Shown: positions 16,868 through 26,740, numbered from the stretch's first letter. The stretch is 32,000 nucleotides of DNA from Pyrodictium abyssi (GCF_036323395.1 NZ_AP028907.1:1410001-1442000); one strand, 5' to 3'. Notes: generated by a model not told the origin, from the sequence alone. Made by a program: numbers and translations.

Positions 16868-17395
16868 GTGGATAGGTCCATGGCCAAGACCAGCGGCAAG
16901 AAGAAGGAGCCGGTAGGCGGTTCTAAGAAGGAGCTCGTTATAGTCTCTAGGCCCGCTGTTACACGAGACCAGGTAGAGCGCGATGAGAGGAAGAAGCGTC
17001 TTCTACTGATACTCAAGGCAATGGAGGACCAGGGTGGTATATACGAGAGGAGTCTCGCACACCTAGTATACTGGCTCCAGAACGAGAAGGGGATAGACCT
17101 AGGCTACAACTTCTTCATGGTAGGCGACGTACCCACTTCAAAGGAGCTCCACGAGGACATAATTGCTCTCCTCTACGTCGGCTACGCCGAGACCGACCCG
17201 AAGACAAAGAAGCTACGCCTCACCAACGACGGCAAGGAGTTCCTAGAAAAGAAGGGCATAGACCAGGAGTTCTTCGAGAAACTACGCGCGGCTGTAGAGG
17301 AGCTAAAGCCGAAGATAGCTGCGCTTGATGCGCAGATAGAGCTTACAACGATGCTCTCGAGGCCGAGAGCCCCTCGGCGCCGCAGGTTCTTCTAA
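16868..17395 (+). CDS. Hypothetical basic protein, possible winged-helix core with a C-terminal coiled coil
   Basis: 175 aa from GTG 16868 (alternative ATG at 16880). It has a Lys-rich N-terminus, a predicted helical tail and ends in RRRRFF. It is divergent from xpf. The family is not recognised. Confidence 0.5.
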   Translation: MDRSMAKTSGKKKEPVGGSKKELVIVSRPAVTRDQVERDERKKRLLLILKAMEDQGGIYERSLAHLVYWLQNEKGIDLGYNFFMVGDVPTSKELHEDIIALLYVGYAETDPKTKKLRLTNDGKEFLEKKGIDQEFFEKLRAAVEELKPKIAALDAQIELTTMLSRPRAPRRRRFF

Positions 17396-17688
17396 CACCC
17401 CGACACACACTACCATCTACGCGCACACGCAGCTTGGCCACCAACCGGTTTTTCGACGATAACACATGCCGGGGAAGCCGTCTACAAAAATTCTTCCAAA
17501 GACAAGACAGAGCAAAAGCTCTAAACCGACTCCCCCTGCCGTACTGCTACTCCTTACTACCTTACATTACTCGGGTGCGGGGGTCAGGGACCCCGGCGAC
17601 GCCGCAGAGCTGCGGAGAATTGGATGAGCCGGGTGACGAATTGCACGCCGCCCACCACTATCTTTGCTTGTGGTACAGGGGTGCCCAG

Positions 17689-18987
17689 CTACCTCGGCCT
17701 TAGTCCTGCGATAAAGAAGCCCTGTGTGCCGTGTACGTGTGGTAGTAGTCTACGTACGCGTTCACGGAACGTGTACGGCTTGTAGCCTGGCGATCCGGGT
17801 ATCCTCGGGTCTTCCAGCTCTAGCTTACTGTAGAGTTCAGATATGTGTTCTTCTCCCTCGAATGGAAGTATACTGCACACCGCGTATACTATGTAGCTGC
17901 TTCTGTACGCTAGTGCTTTTCCTAGCATTTCGCGCTGCAGCGCGGGGAACCGGCGGACCCATGCGGGGTCTTCTAGATGCATCTTTATCGCCGGATCCTT
18001 GCCCATGGCCCCGCTGCTGGTACACGGTGCGTCAAGCATCACCTTGTCCGGGGTCACCCGTAGCTGCAGCTCACGGGAATCCGCGTGGACTAGCTCTACG
18101 CGGCTCATGTCTACGCCGTAGAGCTTGAGGAGGCGTTTTGTGCGCTTTAGCCGCTCCCAGGAGACGTCTACGGCTACTATTCTGGCTCTGTTATCGGTTA
18201 GCTGCATTATTAGCGCGTCCTTTACGCCTGGAGCTGCTGCCAGGTCAAGTATAGTGTCGCCGGGCTCTGGATGGAGCGCCTCCACGACGAGCGCTGAGGC
18301 CTTGTCCTGGAAGACTATCTCGCCCCGCCACATCTCGTCTAGATGGTGTAGGGGCTCGCTGAAGTCCACTACCTCTAGCATGTAGGGGAGGTCTGGATCG
18401 CGGCGGACCACTACGCCTTTCTCTAGGAGCCGCTCCGCCACCGTGTCCACGTCAGTCTTTAGCGTGTTTACGCGTATCCACCATTTCTCCTCGTTGAGTG
18501 CTGCCAGCAGCTTCTCTGTCTCATGACGCCCAAGCAGCTCTAGGAATACCTCGACGAACCACTGTGGAAACGAGTAGGTTACTGAGAGCCTTTCCGCCGT
18601 ATCCTCAACACCGTCTAGCAGCTCTTCTACCGTCTCTATGCGGCGCGGCAGGCTCTTCACAAGCTTACGCCTCAGGCGCTCAACACTGTCGATGTACTGC
18701 GCTAGGTGCTCGGATTCGAGGCCCCTCAGCAGGAGCCAGAGCCTGGCCATACGCCGGGCACTCCCGCGGCTCCCATAGATCCTTTGCTCGGCGTAACGGA
18801 GCAGATAGTAGTCCGACACAATGTCGTGCGAGACCCTATAGAGCACCTTAAGCGGCACGTAGCGTGCAGCCTTCTTGTACTCGCGCAGAGCGGCCTGGAA
18901 CGCCCTGTCATGACTAACGTGCTTCGTCATTACTATGTGGAGCACTTTCGCGCTAAAGTCTATGAGGCTTCTAGCAACCTTGTCCAT
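17689..18987 (-). CDS. NOL1/NOP2/Sun-family RNA (cytosine-C5) methyltransferase
   Basis: 432 aa with the SAM motif LDLAAAPGVKD and the catalytic Cys motifs LDAPCTSSGAMGKDP and YAVCSILPFEGEE. Confidence 0.88.
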   Translation of the reverse strand: MDKVARSLIDFSAKVLHIVMTKHVSHDRAFQAALREYKKAARYVPLKVLYRVSHDIVSDYYLLRYAEQRIYGSRGSARRMARLWLLLRGLESEHLAQYIDSVERLRRKLVKSLPRRIETVEELLDGVEDTAERLSVTYSFPQWFVEVFLELLGRHETEKLLAALNEEKWWIRVNTLKTDVDTVAERLLEKGVVVRRDPDLPYMLEVVDFSEPLHHLDEMWRGEIVFQDKASALVVEALHPEPGDTILDLAAAPGVKDALIMQLTDNRARIVAVDVSWERLKRTKRLLKLYGVDMSRVELVHADSRELQLRVTPDKVMLDAPCTSSGAMGKDPAIKMHLEDPAWVRRFPALQREMLGKALAYRSSYIVYAVCSILPFEGEEHISELYSKLELEDPRIPGSPGYKPYTFRERVRRLLPHVHGTQGFFIAGLRPR

Positions 18988-19135
18988 TGATACGCGCTAC
19001 ACCTCCGCCCTGGTACACCCGGCTCCGGACGGACTAGCAGGGGACCCCTGCAGGAAACCTCTGCGATGCGGGCTAATCTGGCTCCCACCAGCCTACGGTA
19101 ATTAAAAGGGCTGGTCAGCGTATCGGGCTCTACTC

Positions 19136-19212
19136 GGTCGTGATGATAGGTGGGCTTACCAGAGCCCTTCGCCAGGCCAAGGGGCTGTGAAGAGTGTGGC
19201 CGTATCTGAGCC
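19136..19212 (+). ncRNA. Candidate C/D-box sRNA (2'-O-methylation guide)
   Basis: C box GUGAUGA at 19140..19146, a degenerate D' CAGA at 19160..19163, C' GUGAAGA at 19187..19193 and D box CUGA at 19206..19209. The C'-D spacer is exactly 12 nt and the C-D' spacer is 13 nt. A 3-bp terminal stem GGU/GCC is possible. A TATA-like TAATTAAAAG lies at 19099..19108, about 30 nt upstream. The D'-C' linker (23 nt, able to form a hairpin) is longer than usual. Confidence 0.4.
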
Positions 19213-19250
19213 AGAGCAAGCACCACTTCCCACGCGGCTGCTCCTGCCAG

Positions 19251-20009
19251 CTATCGCTTCCCATTGACGTGTCCTCTGCTTCCGGGAAGGAAGTCTAGGA
19301 GTGTCCTCTGCCGGGGGTTCTTGGGCTTGCTTTCGGTGTTCTTCGCCCTGTACCACCTGGGGGCAATCCGCTTCAGTGTTAACCAAGAGCGCCTCACGAA
19401 CCATGGAGGCGTGTCCGGTGAGCGGCGATACGCCTCTCTAATCCATTCAAGCGTGCCTGGGTCGGTTGGATACCCGGAGCCGCGAACACCGTAGGCTTTC
19501 CGCAGCTTCTCTATTTCCTCGTCGCGCACGACCTTGGCTATGATACTGGCCGCTGATACTGGTATGTACCGCGTATCGGCTTTCGGCTCGGCTACTACTG
19601 CTCCTCTGAGGCCTGTTAGCCGCTTTACCCCGGCGGCCATCTTCTTAGCCGGGCCCACAGCGTCCATATAGACGGCTTCTGGCTCGCCGTAGAGGCTCTT
19701 TACACGCTGTACTATGTACGCTATTGTTTCTATCTCGAGTTTGTTTAGGTTCACAGCGTCTATGAGTGCTGGCGGCACCTTGACTATTACTGCGTGCTTT
19801 ACGAGCCTCATTATCTCATGGAACAGCTCTCTGCGCTGGCTCGGCGTTAGGTCCTTGCTATCGCGTACGCCTAGCTCTGCAAGCTCCTTTGCAGCCTTGG
19901 GCTCGATAGCTACTCCTGCTATTACCATTGGGCCTATTATTGGGCCTCGTCCCGCCTCGTCTATCCCTACTAATAATCCTCGCCGGGGCTGGGACACTGC
20001 TGATAGCAC
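19251..20009 (-). CDS. rnhB: Ribonuclease HII
   Basis: 252 aa with a GTG start and the catalytic block GIDEAGRGPIIGPMVIAGV. The C-terminal QRTLLDFL matches the PCNA-interacting (PIP) consensus Q-x-x-L-x-x-F-[FL]. Confidence 0.9.
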   Translation of the reverse strand: MLSAVSQPRRGLLVGIDEAGRGPIIGPMVIAGVAIEPKAAKELAELGVRDSKDLTPSQRRELFHEIMRLVKHAVIVKVPPALIDAVNLNKLEIETIAYIVQRVKSLYGEPEAVYMDAVGPAKKMAAGVKRLTGLRGAVVAEPKADTRYIPVSAASIIAKVVRDEEIEKLRKAYGVRGSGYPTDPGTLEWIREAYRRSPDTPPWFVRRSWLTLKRIAPRWYRAKNTESKPKNPRQRTLLDFLPGSRGHVNGKR

Positions 20010-20035
20010 CCTAGCGTGCTATGTGCCGTCCCCTG

Positions 20036-20896
20036 CTACGGGCCGCACTCGTAGCCATAGTTGTTGCCGTATGCTATGCAAGCCGCCTCTTCGGGGTCTA
20101 CAAGGCTTATGCCTGCCAGCCTGTAGCCGCGTAGCATGAGTGCTCGCCTAATGGGCTCTTCCGAGTTCCTTGCCTCAGGCCAGCACTCGTCATCGCGTAG
20201 TAGAAGCCTACATCCAAGGAGTACCTCCGCGTCACCATCCTCGCTGACTATAGCTATTGTTCTGACTGCGCCCGTCTTCATATGGTCTAGGCTCTCCGCA
20301 GCCTCGACCAGGCTCATGCAATGGTCCCGGGGGGTAGAATGCATGCCAGAGGCTACATAGCTGTATAGCTCTCTGATGCAGGTGTTCTCTAGGCCCAGCT
20401 GGACTGCGAGATCTATAGCGTGCTCCAAGACTGATGCCGCGTAGGCGTCCCCTCCGGTGAACGCGTCACCGATGCGGCCCGCCGACTCTTTGTCTAGGTC
20501 TATCCCGGCCTCGCTCATCTTGGCTAGGTGTACGAGAGACCGTAGGTGAAGCGGGCTTTGTAGACGACTAGCTACCTTCGCTAGGTCTTCTACACGCCAT
20601 GTACCCTCGACTATTCTATAGGCTCCTTCGAGCAACGCCTCTCCGCCATACCCCTCTACGAGGACGCTGCGCTCCCTGGCGTGGTTCCGGATCCACGCTA
20701 CTATGCCTAGCAGCGAGAATAGGGTCGGCGCGTCATTCGGCATTAGCGGGTATACTTCGACGTGCTGGACGCCGAGAACCTGGTATGCTTCTTTCCGGCT
20801 GAGGACATCCACCGTCGGCGCGACTATTAGCACTACGTCGTATACAGCTGCTCTTCTCGATACCTTGTCTCCTATCGGCCTAAAGTCTACCGGCAT
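20036..20896 (-). CDS. Hypothetical protein (286 aa)
   Basis: Long open frame with ordinary composition, ending 26 nt upstream of the rnhB start, so probably co-transcribed. No motif recognised. Confidence 0.5.
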   Translation of the reverse strand: MPVDFRPIGDKVSRRAAVYDVVLIVAPTVDVLSRKEAYQVLGVQHVEVYPLMPNDAPTLFSLLGIVAWIRNHARERSVLVEGYGGEALLEGAYRIVEGTWRVEDLAKVASRLQSPLHLRSLVHLAKMSEAGIDLDKESAGRIGDAFTGGDAYAASVLEHAIDLAVQLGLENTCIRELYSYVASGMHSTPRDHCMSLVEAAESLDHMKTGAVRTIAIVSEDGDAEVLLGCRLLLRDDECWPEARNSEEPIRRALMLRGYRLAGISLVDPEEAACIAYGNNYGYECGP

Positions 20897-21054
20897 AGCG
20901 CGGCGCCGCTCCCCCTTGCCGCCGGCTCGGCTACTGTTATGGAGGCTCAGCCTAGTATGCGGTCTGCATCAACAATGACGGGGATTGCGAGAAGGGTCTA
21001 CGCTCCCGGATTCCACATCATAGCCTCCACGGGTCTAGGCTAGTATAGAGGGGT

Positions 21055-22989
21055 TTATTCGGATTCACTGCCCTGCTGCACCCTTACTCTGATTACGCCG
21101 GGGGTTTCTCCTTTTGGCTGTTCAAGCTTTTCTAGCAGTGCTGGGAACACCGAGCCTACTATGTCGTTGAGGGTTATCACGCCCTTGTATCTGTACAGAG
21201 CGTCAACTACTATAACGTAGTCCGTACCATATATTATCATTTGTTCTAGAGCTCTTGATACGCAATCGCCAACTCTAACTAGTGGTGCCTGGGACAGCGA
21301 TACCTCTGCCACCGGTTCGTCCGAGCGCAGCGCGTACCTGAGGTCGAGGCCAGCGTATCCCGGGTCTAGCACCCCAACAACGCGTCCCGCCTCATCGACT
21401 ATCGGGACTATATGCTGCTTGTTAGCTATCATGCGGCGCACTACTTCGCGTAGGGTCTCATTCCAGCTGGCCGTTATGTATCTCTTGCTTGCAAGCTTTT
21501 CTACACGTATGCAGATGCCCTGCTCACGTATTATCTGCAGGAGCGACTCGGCTGTGAATAGGCTCGGCGGTATAGACTGGGGTAGCTGCGACTCTACGAT
21601 GCTTATGCCTCGTGTAGCGAGCGAAGCTGTGAGAGAAGCTACTAGCGCTGGCACGATGAGCACTGGTGTACCGCCTATCTCTGCTACTAGGAAGGCAAGG
21701 CCTACTGGAACCTTAGAGGCTGCCCCGAAGAGGGCGGCCATGCCTAGGTAGGCGTATAGTGCTGGCTTTACATCTGTGTAGCCTGCTACAAGTAGCCCGA
21801 ATAGCTCGCCGAGCATGGCTCCTGCGAAGAGCCCGGGCGCTAGCAGGCCACCACTGCCTCCGCTTCCGACAGTGAGCGCCGTCGCAATTATCTTGAGCAA
21901 TGCCAGCATGAATAGGGACGCAAGCATGCCTATATCTAGTCCGCCAAGCGAAGTAGCTACTATTCCTAGTCTCTGCTCCTGAAAGGCCTCCAGCATCCTA
22001 GCAAGGAGTTCCTCCCCCGTGCCAAGTATATGCGGTACAAACACGCCTATGACGCCTACAATTGCGGCTCCTATCACGGGCTTCACGAATATACTAATCC
22101 TCTTCCTCTCCACTAGCTCGTTTAGGCTCTCCTTTATCCTCTGGTACACGTATGTGTAGAGGTATGCAAACGGCGCTATGAATAGCCCTAGTAGTATATA
22201 AGAAGCCATAGCGTCGAAGCCGTAGACATCCAGCATATCGCCTACATTTATCGATGGAAGCTTGTATTCTGGGCCGAGTATGTGTAGTGAAAAGCTGTAT
22301 GCTATTACCGAGGCGAAGAGGGCTGGCACCAGTGCAGCCGTCTCCATATCTCTTTCGTAGAGCACCTCTATAGCGAATAGTGCTGCACCTACTGGGCTCT
22401 GGAATATGAAGGAAAGCGCGCCTGCAACACCAGCTATGAGCGCTATTTTTCTTTCCTCGACGCTCAGACGCAGCACATTTGATATGAACGAGCCGGATGC
22501 TCCCCCTATCTGTACGGCTGGCCCCTCGGGTCCACCGCTGCCCCCGCCTCCCAAGAGTAGCGCCGAGGCAACAGCCTTCACCAGGGCCACTCTCGACCTA
22601 ACATTGCCTGCCTCGTGGTGGTAGGCATCAACTATAGCATCTGTCCCGCCGCCCTCTGCTTCAGGAGCCCATCTGTACACTATTATGCTGGCTAGAGCCG
22701 CGCCCAGAACCACCGTGAGAGGTACTAGGAACCTGTTATGCCCCTCCAGGGCTATTATCGAGTAGTCAGATACTCCATGCAGTGCGAGCGACGGCTCTAG
22801 GCCGTGGATATACGCCATTATGGCTGTGACAAGCCTCAACATGACGTAGAAGACGCCTATAGCGAGAGAAGAGACTATGGCAGTAACCGTGCTTATGACT
22901 AGCCATCGCTCTACGTAGCCTAGCTGCTCGTTTACGGCCTCAATTATCCTACTCAGCCTCTCTGGCACCCATACGCCCGACTTCATCAC
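21055..22989 (-). CDS. ClC-family chloride channel / H+-Cl- exchanger with C-terminal CBS pair
   Basis: 644 aa and multi-pass hydrophobic. It has ClC selectivity-filter-like blocks GGGSGGPEGPAVQIG and GSGGLLAPGLFAG, followed by two CBS repeats in the last 150 aa or so. Confidence 0.88.
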   Translation of the reverse strand: MMKSGVWVPERLSRIIEAVNEQLGYVERWLVISTVTAIVSSLAIGVFYVMLRLVTAIMAYIHGLEPSLALHGVSDYSIIALEGHNRFLVPLTVVLGAALASIIVYRWAPEAEGGGTDAIVDAYHHEAGNVRSRVALVKAVASALLLGGGGSGGPEGPAVQIGGASGSFISNVLRLSVEERKIALIAGVAGALSFIFQSPVGAALFAIEVLYERDMETAALVPALFASVIAYSFSLHILGPEYKLPSINVGDMLDVYGFDAMASYILLGLFIAPFAYLYTYVYQRIKESLNELVERKRISIFVKPVIGAAIVGVIGVFVPHILGTGEELLARMLEAFQEQRLGIVATSLGGLDIGMLASLFMLALLKIIATALTVGSGGSGGLLAPGLFAGAMLGELFGLLVAGYTDVKPALYAYLGMAALFGAASKVPVGLAFLVAEIGGTPVLIVPALVASLTASLATRGISIVESQLPQSIPPSLFTAESLLQIIREQGICIRVEKLASKRYITASWNETLREVVRRMIANKQHIVPIVDEAGRVVGVLDPGYAGLDLRYALRSDEPVAEVSLSQAPLVRVGDCVSRALEQMIIYGTDYVIVVDALYRYKGVITLNDIVGSVFPALLEKLEQPKGETPGVIRVRVQQGSESE

Positions 22990-23121
22990 TTTCTACCCTT
23001 TCATCAGCGCCGAGACGTAGAGCTCCCCTAGCCCCTCATCAGGGTGTGCCGCTGAGTTGAATAAGAGGAGTATCCCTGGTACCCCTGTCGCCTGGGGATA
23101 GATTACCGGGGTGAGCAGGCT

Positions 23122-23703
23122 GTGTCGGCCACACCTGTAGTGGATATAGCTAGGCTAATAGAGGCTGGCGTCGAAGAGGCGCGCAAGGCTGTAGAGGCTG
23201 GTAGGTTCCACGTCAAGGTATATGCTCTTCCAAGGCCAAGACTCCGCATCAGGAGCCCCAAGAAGAAGATCATAGACGTGGACGAGGGCAAGCTCGCTAG
23301 GCTAGAGTATGCGCTTATACGCTCGCTACTAGCCGCCAAGTCTAGGAACTCTAAGCCAACCTTCAAGGAGTTCGCCGAGCTAGCTGGCGACTACAAGGCT
23401 GCTGCAGCTTATATAGCCGCGCTATGGCGTAGCGGGCTTGTCGAGTTCGACGACACGGCCAAGGCTGTTGACATATACTCCGCGGCTATGTCTCTGAGCC
23501 AGAAGGGCTACGAGAGGAAGATAGCACGCGCGCTAGACGCCACGTTTACGCTAATGGCCGAGAAGCTGGCAGAGCTGCCTGCCGACCAGCTGCTATGTGT
23601 CCAGAAGGAGGGCCGAATATACTGCCGCTACACAGTGACTAACACTGCTAGGAGTCAGGCCAAGGCCCAAGTAAAGGCGCTCAACGATACAATAGCCGGC
23701 TAA
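23122..23703 (+). CDS. Hypothetical protein (193 aa)
   Basis: Open frame with a GTG start. It is helical and basic, and may be a DNA-binding fold. No motif recognised. Confidence 0.45.
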   Translation: MSATPVVDIARLIEAGVEEARKAVEAGRFHVKVYALPRPRLRIRSPKKKIIDVDEGKLARLEYALIRSLLAAKSRNSKPTFKEFAELAGDYKAAAAYIAALWRSGLVEFDDTAKAVDIYSAAMSLSQKGYERKIARALDATFTLMAEKLAELPADQLLCVQKEGRIYCRYTVTNTARSQAKAQVKALNDTIAG

Positions 23704-23900
23704 CACCCAGTTTTACCCCCTCCTTCTCTCCCGGCTCCAGGTCGCCGAGCAAACACGGTTTCTATGCCTCATAACCCCAGTATACCTCCGTGCAGCAGTT
23801 GGGATGCCCGGCCCCTTGTCACGATAGTTGCGTGTCCAATCTTGGCAGACTACTTAATGCCCAGAGCCAGGCCAGGCTGGTACTACGGGTAAGGCGTGCT

Positions 23901-24566
23901 ATGGCGCTGAAGCTGAGATGGTGGCTGCATGCCTGCTTCGAGATAGAGGCGGCTGGCAAGAAGCTGGTAATAGACCCTCACGACGGGGGTAGCCTGGGTG
24001 TCGGCTTCACGGCGCCCAGAGTGACAGCAGACTACGTCCTGGTTACACACGAGCACTACGACCACAACGCTGTAGAGAAGGTATCCAACGAAAGCACCAT
24101 CGTTGTACGGGAGAGGACCGGGGAGTTCGAGCTAGGGCCATTCAGGGTTAAGGGCGTCAGGCTCCCCCATGACGAGTTCGGGGGGCGCATCCGGGGATTC
24201 GTCACCGCATACCGTGTAGAGGCGGAGGGCATCAGCATAGTACATCTAAGCGATTTGGGCCGCATGCTCGAAGAGGAGGAGGTTAACGAAATAGGTAGAG
24301 TAGATGTTGCACTAGTGCCTGCTGGCGGTGTCTATACTCTACATCCACGCCAGGCACTGGATGTTGCTGAGGCGCTCAGCGCGCGGATAGTGATACCCAT
24401 GCATTATTGGCTTCCCGGCATGCAGCTCCCCTTAGAACCCCTTGACACTCTTCTACGCTATGCTAAGAAGTGGCGTGTGGTACGCCTAGACTCTAACACT
24501 GTCGAGCTGTCGCGGGAGGATATACCGGAGGAGAAGACTATAGCCGTCCTCGCGCCGCCTAGCTAG
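23901..24566 (+). CDS. Metallo-beta-lactamase-fold metal-dependent hydrolase (UPF0173-like)
   Basis: It has the H-x-H-x-D-H motif (LVTHEHYDHN). The start is moved to ATG 23901 (MALKLRWWLHACFEIEAAGKKLVIDP), which matches the usual N-terminus of this family. The upstream 37 codons of the track ORF look non-coding. Confidence 0.82.
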   Translation: MALKLRWWLHACFEIEAAGKKLVIDPHDGGSLGVGFTAPRVTADYVLVTHEHYDHNAVEKVSNESTIVVRERTGEFELGPFRVKGVRLPHDEFGGRIRGFVTAYRVEAEGISIVHLSDLGRMLEEEEVNEIGRVDVALVPAGGVYTLHPRQALDVAEALSARIVIPMHYWLPGMQLPLEPLDTLLRYAKKWRVVRLDSNTVELSREDIPEEKTIAVLAPPS

Positions 24567-24590
24567 GTCTTTGGAGCGAGGCTGGGTCTT

Positions 24591-25358
24591 TTGCAGCTGC
24601 ATGGCCGCTGCAGCGGCGACGTGCTCGTGGCGGAGGGGCTTGTAAAGAAGTTCAAGAGGGGCCCCATGATAGGCCCCGTTTCGCTGCGTATAGGCCCGGG
24701 CTCTGTCTACGCCCTTATAGGGCCTAATGGCGCGGGGAAGACGACGACTATACGCATGATACTGGGGATATATAGACCTGATGCCGGCTATGTGAAGATA
24801 TGTGGCGTTGACCCCTACACCGGCCGAGGGGCTCATGGCCTAGCCGCGTACGTGCCCGAGGAGACTGCTGTCTACCCACGGCTTACAGGCTACGAGCATC
24901 TATGGTTCTACGCAGGCCTCTATACCGGAGACCCGGGTGAGACTAAGCGCATCGTTGAGCGGGCCGCGGCGCTATCGGAGCTTGGCGAAGCGCTTACGAG
25001 GCCAGTTGAGAGCTACAGCAAGGGCATGAAGAGGAAGCTGTTACTAGCTCTAGCCCTTGCTCTTAACACCCCGCTCCTGGTCCTCGACGAGCCCACCTCA
25101 GGGCTAGACGTCTACAGTGCTGTCCGTATACGCCAGCTTATAAGACGCGCAGCCGAGGAGGGGCGCGCTGTCCTGGTTACTAGCCATAACATGCTCGAGG
25201 TTGAGAGGATAGCCGATAGAGTGGCCTTCATAGCCAAGGGTAGAATTGTTGACGAGGGACGGCCGGACGAGCTAATACAGAAGTATGGTGCTAGAGACCT
25301 AGAGGAGGCTTTTGTTAAGGCTGTTCCACGGCAGCGGCAGGGAGCAGGCAAGGGCTAG
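24591..25358 (+). CDS. ABC transporter ATP-binding protein
   Basis: It has Walker A GPNGAGKTT, the ABC signature YSKGMKRKL, Walker B LLVLDEPTSGLD and the H-loop TSHN. The start is uncertain (TTG 24591 or GTG 24621). Confidence 0.88.
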   Translation: MQLHGRCSGDVLVAEGLVKKFKRGPMIGPVSLRIGPGSVYALIGPNGAGKTTTIRMILGIYRPDAGYVKICGVDPYTGRGAHGLAAYVPEETAVYPRLTGYEHLWFYAGLYTGDPGETKRIVERAAALSELGEALTRPVESYSKGMKRKLLLALALALNTPLLVLDEPTSGLDVYSAVRIRQLIRRAAEEGRAVLVTSHNMLEVERIADRVAFIAKGRIVDEGRPDELIQKYGARDLEEAFVKAVPRQRQGAGKG

Positions 25359-25372
25359 AGGAGGCGCTGAGT

Positions 25373-26587
25373 ATGCCTGGTTTTCCGCTTGGTTACCGCC
25401 TGGCGGTGCTCGTTAAGAAGGAGGCTCTAGAGCTACTACGCGACCGCCGCAGCCTAGCGTTAATGGTAATATCGGCGTTCCTGTTCCCTCTCCTAGGGCT
25501 TCTCGTAACTGGGCTCAAGACTCAGCAAGCTGCGCTAGTAGCCATAGTTGTATGCGACAAGGGCACGCCCGCTAGGGAGCTGGCCTCTAGGCTCTATAGC
25601 GCTTTCAACGAGAGCCCGGGGTTCAACGCTGTACTAGAGCACGGGCCCGGCTGCACCCCGCCAGAACAAGCAGTGGCCGCTATACTTATCCCGGACGGGT
25701 TTAGCAGGAACGCTACCAGTGTTGACGCGCCCGTTATCGTGAAGATCTACGGGGTTGTGGGGAATCCTGCAGCTGACGAGGCTGTACAGCTGGCGTATAG
25801 CGTTATGAGCGGGTTCTCCCAGGACATTGCCCTGCAGCGGGTTAAAACCCTAGCAAGCCTGGCGGGTAGGCACGTCGAAGCCGAGTATGTGCTCCACCCT
25901 CTGAGGGTTGTTTCCGAGACCGTGACGGAGACTGGGCAGCGTGCTACACCGGAGCTAGAGGAGCGGGCAACAGTTGCGAGGTTTCTAGCATTCTCTGTGT
26001 TCTTCATACTCAATCCTGCGGCCATAGCTGTTGCCGACTCTATAACCCGGGAGCGTGTACGCGGCACCGGCGAGCTGCTCGTGATAACACCGCTCACGGG
26101 CACCGAGCTTGTACTCGGCAAAACCCTGGGCTCAATGACCGCGGCGCTTATAGCTGGTGGGCTGGACACTATAGCTGTTGTAGCCTATGTTGAGACTGTC
26201 TCAGCAGCCGTCGGCCCTAGTCTTATAGTCTTCCACGCAGTGCAAGTAGCTCTGGCGGTAATGGTTACAGCCACCACGACAATGCTAGTCACCATGCTTG
26301 TTCCGGGACAGAGAGCCGCCACGCTGACAGCGAGCATCGTGACCGGGGCTGCTGTCATGGTGTTCTTCTCTATCCTGTTTGTGGACCTAAACACGTTGCC
26401 AACTTGGATTAGGCTGTTACTCTATGCCATACCGTACACGCATACGGCACAAGCCATCGAGAGCTATGCGCTAGGCGATACCGGGGCTGCCCTCGCGCAT
26501 ACTCTAGTGGTAGTCGTGTTAGCTTTGGCCTCCGTAGCTGTTACGGCGCGCCTATACAAGCCGGAAAGACTGGTAAAACAAGACTAA
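25373..26587 (+). CDS. ABC-2-type transporter permease
   Basis: 404 aa starting 14 nt after the ATPase gene. It has an N-terminal TM helix, a large extracytoplasmic loop, and then a cluster of about 5 hydrophobic helices, as in ABC-2 permeases. Confidence 0.72.
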   Translation: MPGFPLGYRLAVLVKKEALELLRDRRSLALMVISAFLFPLLGLLVTGLKTQQAALVAIVVCDKGTPARELASRLYSAFNESPGFNAVLEHGPGCTPPEQAVAAILIPDGFSRNATSVDAPVIVKIYGVVGNPAADEAVQLAYSVMSGFSQDIALQRVKTLASLAGRHVEAEYVLHPLRVVSETVTETGQRATPELEERATVARFLAFSVFFILNPAAIAVADSITRERVRGTGELLVITPLTGTELVLGKTLGSMTAALIAGGLDTIAVVAYVETVSAAVGPSLIVFHAVQVALAVMVTATTTMLVTMLVPGQRAATLTASIVTGAAVMVFFSILFVDLNTLPTWIRLLLYAIPYTHTAQAIESYALGDTGAALAHTLVVVVLALASVAVTARLYKPERLVKQD

Positions 26588-26660
26588 GGGCATAGCGCAG
26601 CCGTTTATACGGGATGATGCAGTGCGCCAGTCTAGGCCCTCTAGATGAACCCCCGGTGAC

Positions 26661-26691
26661 CGGCCGCCGCTACTCTATAGCGGCGGCGCCG
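26661..26691. terminator. Strong GC-rich hairpin between convergent genes
   Basis: CGGCCGCCGCTA-ctcta-TAGCGGCGG(c)GCCG forms a stem of about 12-13 bp with one bulge and a 5-nt loop. It lies between the ABC-2 permease (+) and the FkbM gene (-). A terminator or RNA-stabilising role is only inferred. Confidence 0.3.
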
Positions 26692-26740
26692 GGATGAGCG
26701 AGGAGGCCGTGCTGACCTTCCAGAGCCGGCTGCGCTGGCG

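Noticed and set aside
17434-17703. 89-aa ORF in the convergent intergenic region; also 18960..19226, 19156..19404 and 27505..27849
   Set aside because: They have non-ATG starts, odd composition and no motifs. They overlap better explanations, namely the hairpins at 17577..17618, the C/D sRNA candidate and the promoter regions.
23790-23900. Upstream extension of the MBL-fold hydrolase ORF
   Set aside because: The extension is Cys/Arg-rich and contains a TATA-like CTTAATG. The family's usual N-terminus matches the internal ATG at 23901.
26611-26715. GAUGAUGC ... CUGA pair flanking the big hairpin as a possible long C/D RNA
   Set aside because: The boxes are about 100 nt apart, there is no terminal stem and no internal boxes. 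The GC hairpin between convergent genes is more simply a 3'-end structure.
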